Origin: Candidatus Micrarchaeota archaeon
GTDB lineage: Archaea > Micrarchaeota > Micrarchaeia > Anstonellales > Bilamarchaeaceae
Direction: 5' to 3'
Assembly (NCBI GenBank): GCA_018304385.1
Contig: JAGVWJ010000056.1
Span: 1 to 17,338, forward strand
DNA: 17,338 nucleotides
Positions 1 through 7,628 of this stretch are shown one piece after another. The position numbers were made by a program, and so were the translations under genes. Below the pieces are notes generated by a model that was not told the DNA's origin, searched no databases, and was given only the letters and a program-made list of their open reading frames with translations. How positions within the stretch are numbered: the first letter of the stretch is position 1; each line of letters opens with the position of its first letter.

Positions 1-215
1 TCAGTAGGTACTGGAACTGGTAAAGCAACAAGTGCATCTCCAACAGCAACATGAACAGAAACTGACAAGCGCTTTGTTGGAAGCTCAGTACCGTATGCGC
101 GCTCTATTTTATCTAACAAAGGCGCGACCTGTTTTGGCTTTACTAAACCAGCTTTAACCCCATTTACTACTACATCTGTCATTCTATTAATCATAAGTTG
201 TCGTCTAGCATCCAT
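1..215 (-). CDS. Hypothetical protein, 5' part only (runs off window start)
   Basis: Manual translation from ATG at 215: MDARRQLMINRMTDVVVNGVKAGLVKPKQVAPLLDKIERAYGTELPTKRLSVSVHVAVGDALVALPVPVPT..., open to the window edge. GGAGGGG RBS-like motif at 227-221. Not in the supplied track. Confidence 0.75.
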   Translation of the reverse strand, partial: MDARRQLMINRMTDVVVNGVKAGLVKPKQVAPLLDKIERAYGTELPTKRLSVSVHVAVGDALVALPVPVPT

Positions 216-297
216 TCTAACCCCTCCAATAAAATCGATGATGTGTATATATGTGGTATTATTTATAAATACATGCTATTTAGCTAGAATTGCTTGA

Positions 298-305
298 TAT
301 TAAAA
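298..305 (+). promoter_or_regulatory. Putative TATA box for the GIDE-lemA operon
   Basis: TATTAAAA lies 22 nt before ATG 328, the same spacing as at several other RBS-less gene starts in the window. Confidence 0.4.
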
Positions 306-327
306 GCTTTTTTGAAATAAGAAACGT

Positions 328-1083
328 ATGGCTGATCCAAATCCAATTGCTGCCGGGTTATTCCTACTAATCGGATTAGTAATATTCTATCTTGGTTTTA
401 GGCAATGGAGAACCTATAATCAAATAAAAAATACTGCAACTTCCAAGGTACGGTCAGTGGCAGCTGGTTTCTGCGAGATTGCTGGCAAGATTGTTGCAGG
501 GCAAAAAATTCTTACTACGCCGTTTACAAAAAAGCAGTGTGTATACTATAAATATAGGATAGATGAAGAAGTAGAACGTGTAAGAACCCGCAATGGAAAA
601 ACAGAGATTGACAGGGATTGGGAAACGAGATTTTCTGGCACTGAGTCCACACCATTTTATGTGGAGGATGACACTGGGAAAATTGAAGTTGATCCTGTTA
701 CTAATGCTCCAGAGATATATGTTAAATTGAATTATGAAAAGCAGACGAATAATTGGACAAATCCGCCAGAAGTAAACGAGTTTCTAGGGGAAAGGGCAAA
801 AATTCTTCGCAGACCAAAAAGAAGGTTCTTGGAATCATCGCTTGAAATTGGTGAAAACTTTTATGTATTAGGAACTGCATTTCCAAAGGAAGGTGTAGTT
901 TCTGAGAAGCGTGAGGAAATGCTGGTTATTAAAAAGGGCTTAAATAAGCTATTTATAGTATCCGATTCTTCTGAGAATGCCCTTGTAGGAGGTATGAAGT
1001 GGTCTATCGGTGGCATGCTCTTGATTGGTGCAGGCTTAATTATAGTAGGTGTTGTGTTCTTACTAGGTTTGGTTGGTGTTTGA
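328..1083 (+). CDS. GIDE/BAM-domain membrane protein (E3 ubiquitin ligase GIDE-like domain, no RING)
   Basis: N-terminal TM helix, TATSKVRSVAAGFCEIAGK, CVYYKYRIDEE, FYVEDDTGKIEVDP, ESSLEIGENFYVLG and a C-terminal TM helix match the GIDE-family architecture. No Cys/His RING motif. Confidence 0.75.
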   Translation: MADPNPIAAGLFLLIGLVIFYLGFRQWRTYNQIKNTATSKVRSVAAGFCEIAGKIVAGQKILTTPFTKKQCVYYKYRIDEEVERVRTRNGKTEIDRDWETRFSGTESTPFYVEDDTGKIEVDPVTNAPEIYVKLNYEKQTNNWTNPPEVNEFLGERAKILRRPKRRFLESSLEIGENFYVLGTAFPKEGVVSEKREEMLVIKKGLNKLFIVSDSSENALVGGMKWSIGGMLLIGAGLIIVGVVFLLGLVGV

Positions 1084-1647
1084 ATGGCTGTTGAAATGAT
1101 AATATTTAGCGCAATAGTGTTGTTTTTGATCGTATTTCTTTATTATCTATTATCAATCTATAATGGATTCATTACATTAAGAACAAATATCCAAAAGGCA
1201 TGGGCAAATATTGATGTTTTGCTAAAGCAGAGATTTGATGAATTGCCAAATCTAGTAGAGACTGTGAAAGGATACGCCAAGCATGAAAAGCAAACATTAG
1301 AGAACATAACAAAACTAAGAAGCGCTGTCCAGGATGCTGGTAGCATTCATGATAAAGCGATTGCAAGCGAACAGCTATCGCAAAACCTAAAAACACTGTT
1401 TGCAGTTGCTGAAAACTATCCGAATTTAAAAGCAAATGAGAATTTTCTTAAGCTACAGAAACGTATAACGGAACTAGAAAATCTAATTGCGGATAGAAGA
1501 GAGTTCTATAACGATAGCGTAAACTTGTATAATATAAAAATCGCAAGCTTTCCTGATCTAATTATCTCGAGAATGTTTAATTTCAAATTAGCTGAATTTT
1601 TCTCTGCGCAGGCTAATGAACGAGAGGCGCAAATGGTAAAATTCTAA
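1084..1647 (+). CDS. lemA: LemA family protein
   Basis: N-terminal TM, YNGFITLR, AWANIDVLLKQRFDELPNLVETVKGYAKHE, AVAENYPNLKANENFLKLQ, RREFYNDSVNLYN..I..FP. The ATG directly follows the upstream TGA. Confidence 0.95.
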   Translation: MAVEMIIFSAIVLFLIVFLYYLLSIYNGFITLRTNIQKAWANIDVLLKQRFDELPNLVETVKGYAKHEKQTLENITKLRSAVQDAGSIHDKAIASEQLSQNLKTLFAVAENYPNLKANENFLKLQKRITELENLIADRREFYNDSVNLYNIKIASFPDLIISRMFNFKLAEFFSAQANEREAQMVKF

Positions 1648-1648
1648 T

Positions 1649-2509
1649 TTATTTTTTCTCAACCTCGCCAGCAACTACAAATACACCTATGGCAAAATTA
1701 ACTGTTGCATTATGTAAATGCCCGCCAAATGCATGTGGTTCGCCAAATTTAGCTGCCTCAAAACCATGCGTGTGCACTGCGCGCGGGAATCCTTTTATAT
1801 TACCAGCAAGTAGTGTTTGGTATAAAAATAGATTTTTACTTTCTTTGAGCGCGAAATCCTTGAGAACAGTTTTTGGAGATGCGCTGCTAAATATATAACC
1901 AGTAAGATCGGAAAACGTGCCACTTATTACTCCAGTAATAGTCTTCTTGCTATTCGCAACTAATGCCTCAATTTTCTCCATTGCTATAGTTACTTTCTCG
2001 CCTTTTTCAAATACAACAATGAATGTTTGATCACCATCACCTTCTGTTTCTCTTCTGGCAGTAAAAATACAAAGCGGATATATATTCATTGGTGCAACCA
2101 TCATTGCAATGTTCTTACCATTGTCTATGTGCACACGCATGCAACTAGCACCTGGCAAGAAAATAAGTTCGCCAGCATAGCGGCCATTATTAAAAGAAAA
2201 ACCCCCTAAACCGCCAACAATTTCATAGCCTTGTTGTTTTATTTTTTTTACATCATTTTCAATATCATATATCTCACTAAGCTGAACTGGAGATGGTTTT
2301 TCAATACGCTCAGTGAATTTATCAGCAGCGCCGTAAATCATCACCTTATCGCTAACACCATTGTTTCTTGAAACCAATTCTTTGCAATATCCTAATTGCC
2401 AGGACATTAATTTTCGAAACTCGTCATCTCCTTTTACCTTTTCAAAATATCCCAGTTCTTTTTTTAGCGTTTCTTTATCTTTTGTATTTGCAAGATCAAA
2501 AATCCTCAT
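1649..2509 (-). CDS. Divergent alpha-acetolactate decarboxylase-like (AlsD/BudA fold) Zn protein
   Basis: GGLGGF...YAGELIFLPG resembles ALDC GDFGLGTF..LDGEMI.LDG. GVISGTF resembles AIRIDGxF. C-terminal HTH...GGH matches the three-His Zn site. Start placed at ATG 2509 (ATGA overlap with the SDR stop) rather than GTG 2518. Confidence 0.55.
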   Translation of the reverse strand: MRIFDLANTKDKETLKKELGYFEKVKGDDEFRKLMSWQLGYCKELVSRNNGVSDKVMIYGAADKFTERIEKPSPVQLSEIYDIENDVKKIKQQGYEIVGGLGGFSFNNGRYAGELIFLPGASCMRVHIDNGKNIAMMVAPMNIYPLCIFTARRETEGDGDQTFIVVFEKGEKVTIAMEKIEALVANSKKTITGVISGTFSDLTGYIFSSASPKTVLKDFALKESKNLFLYQTLLAGNIKGFPRAVHTHGFEAAKFGEPHAFGGHLHNATVNFAIGVFVVAGEVEKK

Positions 2510-3378
2510 GTCAACCACTCTTTTTTGTAGATTTTGACTATCTCTTTTATTCCGTCTTCTGTTCTTCTTGGCTTGAATTTTAAATATTTTTTAGCCTTAG
2601 TACAATCAAACACGCGATCGTTTGCTAAGATATTAAGATGTTCAGGAGTAAGAAAATCACCCTTACCAAACAGCTTGCGAATTGGTCGCGTTATCTTAAG
2701 TAATATTTCTGCGATATTCTTATTTATCTTACGTTTTGGTGGTTCGATACCAAGTTGCTTGCAAACGAGCTTAAAGATATTTTCTTGTGTAAGCGAATTA
2801 CTGCTAATCAAGTAAACACCTGGTTTGGTGGTGAGCGCTGCCCTTATAGCCTTAGCAACATCACCAACATGCACAAACGGTACGTGGTTTTTTCCATGCC
2901 CGATTATCTGCATCTTTCCTTTTCTTAGAATATCCATCATTCTAAAATAATCATCAAACTGCTTGCCATATATTGGCGCAATTCTAAGCGCAACATAATT
3001 GCCATGACTAGCAACTGCTTGCTCAGCAGCTAATTTGCTTTTTGCATACTCGCTATCTGGTTTGCAAACTGTTTCTTCATTTGCTGGAATTTCAGCTAGT
3101 TTCTTGCCATAAACAGAAATTGAACTTGCATAGATTATACGTGCATTTTTAGGTAGTGCACCAACTACTCTCTTAGTAAGTTCATAGTTCCCATGCCATA
3201 ATTCTTTTTTATTATCAAATGCAAGCGAGCCAGTTAAATGGATGACGTGTGTTGCATCTGCGAATGTTTTTTTTAAATCTAGGTTGGAATCGCGAAGATT
3301 AACTGGAATTGCCTTTGGCAGTAGCTGTACTACTGCTCTTCCTAAGCGACCGCCTGTGCCTGTTATGTAAACCTTCAT
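2506..3378 (-). CDS. NAD(P)-dependent epimerase/dehydratase (extended SDR)
   Basis: TGTGGRLG Rossmann motif, VIHL, SSISVYG, catalytic YAKSK (YxxxK), LRIAPIYG, FVHVGDVA. Confidence 0.92.
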   Translation of the reverse strand: MKVYITGTGGRLGRAVVQLLPKAIPVNLRDSNLDLKKTFADATHVIHLTGSLAFDNKKELWHGNYELTKRVVGALPKNARIIYASSISVYGKKLAEIPANEETVCKPDSEYAKSKLAAEQAVASHGNYVALRIAPIYGKQFDDYFRMMDILRKGKMQIIGHGKNHVPFVHVGDVAKAIRAALTTKPGVYLISSNSLTQENIFKLVCKQLGIEPPKRKINKNIAEILLKITRPIRKLFGKGDFLTPEHLNILANDRVFDCTKAKKYLKFKPRRTEDGIKEIVKIYKKEWLT

Positions 3379-3399
3379 AAGTTACATTCTGGCCTTAGC

Positions 3400-3408
3400 T
3401 TTTAAATA
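3400..3408. promoter_or_regulatory. Shared bidirectional TATA box between the divergent SDR and ArsR-like genes
   Basis: TTTTAAATA lies about 22 nt from both ATG 3378 (-) and ATG 3431 (+) in a 52-nt intergenic gap. Confidence 0.55.
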
Positions 3409-3430
3409 TTAAGCCAGCGATAAAACTTCA

Positions 3431-3721
3431 ATGGACTTAGATAATATTTTGTGGCATCTAGTTGCAGGCACAAAGGGCGGACCAAATAGGCTATACATAC
3501 TTTATGTATTATCAGACGGGCCGCAAAATGCAAACCAACTAACAAAAGAACTTGGACTTGATTATAAGACAATTAAGCACCATCTCGAGATCCTAGTTGA
3601 AAATGGGTTAGTGAGTGCATCACAAGAAAAGAAATATGGTGAGCTTTATTCTCTAACAGATTTTGCCAAAGAAAAGGTAAAAATATTTGAGAAATATTTC
3701 AAAAAAATCAAATTGGGCTAA
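3431..3721 (+). CDS. ArsR-like winged helix-turn-helix transcriptional regulator (archaeal type)
   Basis: ILWHLVAGTKGGPNRLYIL..L...PQNANQLTKELGLDYKTIKHHLEILVENGLV...KYGELY is a typical 96-aa archaeal wHTH. Confidence 0.88.
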   Translation: MDLDNILWHLVAGTKGGPNRLYILYVLSDGPQNANQLTKELGLDYKTIKHHLEILVENGLVSASQEKKYGELYSLTDFAKEKVKIFEKYFKKIKLG

Positions 3722-3753
3722 AATTAATAAAGGAAGACAAACAGGTGATATGT

Positions 3754-4041
3754 ATGGTGATGGATTTTGCAGTTGCTGCAACTGTGATAAGTGCAATTAT
3801 TCTAGTTACCTTGCTGGTTATTTATCTAAGCAACTATAGAAAAATAAAATCAACATTCTGCACTGGGCTGATAATATTTGCTATTCTGCTGCTTGTACAA
3901 AATGTTGCTGCTATTTATTTTCAAATAAATATGTCACATCAATGCAGTTATGAGACTGCGCAACCATTTCTAATACTTAACTTCCTAGAAGCAATAGGCC
4001 TTGGTGCATTACTGTATGTTACATGGAAACCTTGTAAATAA
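3754..4041 (+). CDS. Small three-TM membrane protein, partner of the wHTH regulator
   Basis: Three hydrophobic segments separated by YLSNYRKIKSTF and INMSHQ. GGTGAT RBS at 3744-3749 favours ATG 3754 over GTG 3745. Confidence 0.75.
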   Translation: MVMDFAVAATVISAIILVTLLVIYLSNYRKIKSTFCTGLIIFAILLLVQNVAAIYFQINMSHQCSYETAQPFLILNFLEAIGLGALLYVTWKPCK

Positions 4042-4062
4042 ATTAGCACAGAATAGATATAT

Positions 4063-4776
4063 ATGCCTGATATTACATTGATTGCAGCATTCTTGGCAGG
4101 TTTAGCCAGCTTTGTTTCACCATGCGTGCTACCGCTTATTCCGGCATTTCTTTCTTATCTTGCAGGAGTAAGTCTAAAAGAAGGAATTGCAAACGCTGAA
4201 ACGAGATTAAAGATATTCCTTAATGCGTTCTTCTTTGTGCTTGGATTTGTTATTGTCTTTAGTTTATTTGGTGTTGCAATAAACAGCGTACTGGTTAATG
4301 TATCATTTGATGTTATGCAAATAGTAACCAAGATAGGCGCCGTAATTATTTTTATTTTTGGCCTCTTTACATTGGGTGTAATAAAAATTGGATTCCTAGA
4401 ACGTGAATATAAATTAAAACCTGCAAAAACACGCTATGCATATCTAACTTCATTTATATTTGGTGCAACATTTGCAGTTGGTTGGACCCCATGTGTTGGC
4501 GCAATTTTAGGCGCAATATTTACGCTTGCATTTACACAACCTGGAAGCGCATTCACGCTTTTATTTTCTTATTCAGCTGGATTGGGTATACCATTTTTAT
4601 TAGTTGGGGCTTTTACAGCGCAGGCAAGCGACATAATAAAAAAACATGGAAAATTCATGAGTTATTTCAATAAGGTAATGGGTCTTTTGTTAATAGTAAT
4701 TGCTTACCTTGTATATACTGGCGAACTAGTAAAATTAGCTAATTTAGCAACTGCAGGCTCGTTGTTAGGTGGTTAA
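4063..4776 (+). CDS. ccdA: CcdA / DsbD-transmembrane-domain thiol-disulfide transporter
   Basis: AFLAGLASFVSPCVLPLIP and FAVGWTPCVGAILG supply the two conserved Cys. Six TM helices, with LFSYSAGLGIPF. Confidence 0.93.
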   Translation: MPDITLIAAFLAGLASFVSPCVLPLIPAFLSYLAGVSLKEGIANAETRLKIFLNAFFFVLGFVIVFSLFGVAINSVLVNVSFDVMQIVTKIGAVIIFIFGLFTLGVIKIGFLEREYKLKPAKTRYAYLTSFIFGATFAVGWTPCVGAILGAIFTLAFTQPGSAFTLLFSYSAGLGIPFLLVGAFTAQASDIIKKHGKFMSYFNKVMGLLLIVIAYLVYTGELVKLANLATAGSLLGG

Positions 4777-5802
4777 ATGGAAACAGCTGACCATATTGTT
4801 ATTATTTTTGTAATCATACTACTGATAGGTATTTTCATAGTTACAAACCCTCCAAAACAATTTAGTGAAATAAAAGAAACCAGTGCGAATAAAGCGCCTG
4901 AGCTCCAAGGTATAAAAGGTTACATAAATACCGATGGAAAAGAAATCAAACTCGCTGATTATGTTGGTAAAAAAGTTATCCTTATCGATTTCTGGACGTA
5001 TACGTGCATAAACTGCATAAGAACATTCCCTTATCTTAAGCAGTGGGACGACAAATACCGTGATGAGGGCTTACAGATAATTGGAGTGCATACGCCAGAA
5101 TTTGATTTTGAAAAAGTTTATGATAATGTTAAAAATGCAGTAGCTGAACACGGGCTAAAATATCCAGTTGTATTGGACAATGCTTATGCAACATGGCGTG
5201 CTTATGATAATCATTATTGGCCAGCTAAATATCTTATAGACAAAAACGGAAAGATTGTATATTCTCATTTTGGTGAAGGCAATTATGATGAAACTGAAAG
5301 AAAAATACAAGAGCTGCTTGCTGATCTGAAAAACACGACAGTTCAAGAGTCTATTGTAAAACCAACTGGAGTTGAAGTAGTTAGTGGATCAATTGGAACT
5401 CCAGAACTTTATTTTGGTTATAATTTCAGACGTGCTGACCTAGGCAACCAACCAAAATATATGTTAGCTAATGGAATTTTTGATTTCGTAATACCAGTAG
5501 ATATCTCACCAAATAAACCTTATCTTGAAGGAACTTGGGCACATAATGCGGATGATTTTGAACTTGTAAGCAACACAGGTAGAATTTTACTGCGATATAA
5601 AGCGAAGAATGTGAATATTGTTGCTGGTAACAATGACAGCAGCACTATTATTGTAAGCGTGGATGGAGAAAAACATAAAGAAATAATGGTTGGCGAATTT
5701 GATTTATATAGGGTTGTTGAAGGAAATGATTATGAGTCACACTTATTAGAATTAAACATAACTGGAAAGGGATTTAAGATAAACACGTTTACTTTTGGGT
5801 GA
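4777..5802 (+). CDS. Membrane-anchored TlpA/DipZ-like thioredoxin with C-terminal beta domain
   Basis: N-terminal TM anchor, APELQGIKGYINT, VILIDFWTYTCINC (CxxC), IIGVHTPEFDFEK, YDNHYWPAKYLID, HFGEGNY, TPELYFG, C-terminal FTFG. This is the DipZ C-terminal architecture. It starts immediately after the ccdA stop. Confidence 0.9.
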   Translation: METADHIVIIFVIILLIGIFIVTNPPKQFSEIKETSANKAPELQGIKGYINTDGKEIKLADYVGKKVILIDFWTYTCINCIRTFPYLKQWDDKYRDEGLQIIGVHTPEFDFEKVYDNVKNAVAEHGLKYPVVLDNAYATWRAYDNHYWPAKYLIDKNGKIVYSHFGEGNYDETERKIQELLADLKNTTVQESIVKPTGVEVVSGSIGTPELYFGYNFRRADLGNQPKYMLANGIFDFVIPVDISPNKPYLEGTWAHNADDFELVSNTGRILLRYKAKNVNIVAGNNDSSTIIVSVDGEKHKEIMVGEFDLYRVVEGNDYESHLLELNITGKGFKINTFTFG

Positions 5803-5804
5803 TT

Positions 5805-6593
5805 TTAGAATAATGCTACCCAGAGATCATAAGGCGGCTCGAAATGCATGTCGACGATGCGCCGGTGGTAACCATCGGTTTCATTGCAGTAGCGAACCAG
5901 AAGACTGATATACGCATTATAATCTCTCCACAGTTCTCTTTTTTTATTTGAATCTGTTACTTTTTTACCAGTTGGTACACCTGTTTTTGGATCAAATCCA
6001 TAATCTCCAGTATCGTAAGGAAAGTTTTCTATTAGATGGACATTTGCACCATCAACTAGTTTTACTTCGTATCTATTGTTTCCTACCGCTATTACTTCGA
6101 AGTCAGGGTGTTCTATTGCTAGAGCACAGTTTTTCTTACCTTGTAATTGTTTTGGAACTGAAAAAGAAAAAGAGTATTCATTATTTTCTTTATATCTAGA
6201 AGTAACTTTATCCCTAAATGGCATATTTGGGGCTTCATAAATAACTAAGGTTCCAGTCCATACTGCGTAATTTGGTGGAAAAGATTTTTCATCTGTCACT
6301 ATCAAAATTCTGTCGTGAACAAAATTTGGAACAATTAGCTTTCCTTCTCTTTGTGCTAAAGCTAAAGCTTGAAATAAGTTTAAACGATGAAATTCTATTA
6401 CCTGTAACGCTCGTTCTGGATCCATTTCCCTTAGCATTTTTCTTCTTGCTCTTAATCTATCTAGTTCTGCTCCAGTAACATCTGCTTGTCTAACTTCATG
6501 AGTTGGTTCTGGTTTGAATCTTTTGAATGGATCGCTTGCGCGTAACGCGTGGCTCAAGGCCCAAGGCTCACTGCTCAAGGCTATTCTTCTCAT
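5805..6593 (-). CDS. Hypothetical protein with a C-type-lectin-like / DGR-target-like C-terminus
   Basis: Long ORF. Start moved to ATG 6593 because a TATA box lies 23 nt upstream. The C-terminus YISLLVRYCNETDGYHRRIVDMHFEPPYDLWVALF is encoded by a GC-rich segment enriched in C-ending codons. Confidence 0.7.
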   Translation of the reverse strand: MRRIALSSEPWALSHALRASDPFKRFKPEPTHEVRQADVTGAELDRLRARRKMLREMDPERALQVIEFHRLNLFQALALAQREGKLIVPNFVHDRILIVTDEKSFPPNYAVWTGTLVIYEAPNMPFRDKVTSRYKENNEYSFSFSVPKQLQGKKNCALAIEHPDFEVIAVGNNRYEVKLVDGANVHLIENFPYDTGDYGFDPKTGVPTGKKVTDSNKKRELWRDYNAYISLLVRYCNETDGYHRRIVDMHFEPPYDLWVALF

Positions 6594-6616
6594 AGTAAAT
6601 ATCGTGTATGCCAAGG

Positions 6617-6624
6617 TTTTTAAA
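6617..6624. promoter_or_regulatory. Shared bidirectional TATA box between divergent genes starting at 6593 (-) and 6648 (+)
   Basis: TTTTTAAA within the near-palindrome AAGGTTTTTAAACCCTT, 23 nt from both start codons. Confidence 0.6.
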
Positions 6625-6647
6625 CCCTTTTACACACTAATTATAAC

Positions 6648-7628
6648 ATGACTAGACTAGCAGCCGGTGGTAGGACTAGACCAGGCGAAAAGGTAGCTAG
6701 GGTTATTGATAACTATTTTCAAAATAAACACCCAACAATAGAAAAAATATGGTCACAATGGGTTGCAGGAGATAAGGTAAAGGAAAGGAGAGGTGGATTA
6801 TTTCCAGCAGATCCAGGAGAAAGAAATGTTATATCTTCTACTATCCACTCAGGTTTTATGCTTGGTTTTTGGTATTCTGGGATTGGTTTTATTGGAATTG
6901 GCGGAACACTAAGAACAATATTTAACGTTTTCACTGATACTAAAAATCAGGCCTTATGGCAGATTATGAGAGATTCTTATGGAAAAACAGCACTTGCAGT
7001 AGGGGAATTCTGGAGAGATGTTATTGGATATGCTGTTGACCATCCGAAAACAGTGGCTGCAATATATCTTACTGGCAAGGTAATAGGTAAAATAGCTTAC
7101 GAAAGAGCCGCACGAAGGAAGTTAATTGACCAGGTAGCTGACCTAAGTGAAGGCGTAGGCAAACTTAATGAGACTAAAGATGATATTTTGGGTAGTGCTG
7201 ATCCTTTACGCGCAGCTGCTGATAAAGGCATTAATGTTGGGGATCTAAGAAAGAGTATTATTGATAGGGAATTGTCAGTGCGCTTAACAAAAGCAGGAAG
7301 CAATAGGTCAGAATCAGAAATGCTACAAACAATCAGAGATGATTTCGATTATCTGAGGATTGATTGTTGCGGGGCAGGCGAGCAACTAGGAATTGACGTA
7401 GATCGATTAGCATTAAATCAAATCATCAAAAATATAGATGATTCAATAGCTGAATGCACAAGAACAATAGATGCAGCAACTGCTAAAATAAATATGTCTG
7501 CTTATGCAGCCTTTGGTATGAGAAAATTTGCAATAGCAATGAACATTGCTCATATGGACGAGGTAATGGAAGCTGTTTCTAATGCATATAGCGCACCTGC
7601 GCTAACAACAACACAATTCTGGGCCTGA
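6648..7628 (+). CDS. Hypothetical alpha-helical membrane-associated protein, probably the 5' part of a frameshifted gene
   Basis: 326-aa ORF with a Gly-rich hydrophobic segment (GFMLGFWYSGIGFIGIGG) and helical/coiled-coil regions. No family recognised. Confidence 0.75.
   Translation: MTRLAAGGRTRPGEKVARVIDNYFQNKHPTIEKIWSQWVAGDKVKERRGGLFPADPGERNVISSTIHSGFMLGFWYSGIGFIGIGGTLRTIFNVFTDTKNQALWQIMRDSYGKTALAVGEFWRDVIGYAVDHPKTVAAIYLTGKVIGKIAYERAARRKLIDQVADLSEGVGKLNETKDDILGSADPLRAAADKGINVGDLRKSIIDRELSVRLTKAGSNRSESEMLQTIRDDFDYLRIDCCGAGEQLGIDVDRLALNQIIKNIDDSIAECTRTIDAATAKINMSAYAAFGMRKFAIAMNIAHMDEVMEAVSNAYSAPALTTTQFWA

Noticed and set aside
1158-2815. Short ORFs 1158-1346, 1172-1435, 1689-1898, 2027-2209, 2368-2583, 2534-2815
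   Set aside because: Antisense shadows of lemA, the ALDC-like gene and the SDR; no motifs or RBS.
4063-5802. Cytochrome c maturation locus
   Set aside because: No CxxCH protein, CcsA/CcmF heme lyase or Ccm transporter in the window; CcdA plus thioredoxin alone does not establish this role.
6552-6581. Direct repeat GCTCAAGGC x2 and nearby GACTAGA repeats (6650-6683)
   Set aside because: Short, inside coding sequence, and not distinguishable from chance without a wider comparison.
5805-6593. A complete DGR cassette in this window
   Set aside because: No reverse transcriptase, Avd-like gene or AAC-rich template repeat found on either strand; only the VR-like signature is reported.
4482-7303. 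Short ORFs 4482-4673, 5155-5346, 5948-6199, 6272-6478, 6719-6934, 7097-7303
   Set aside because: Fully nested in longer, better-supported genes, with atypical composition.
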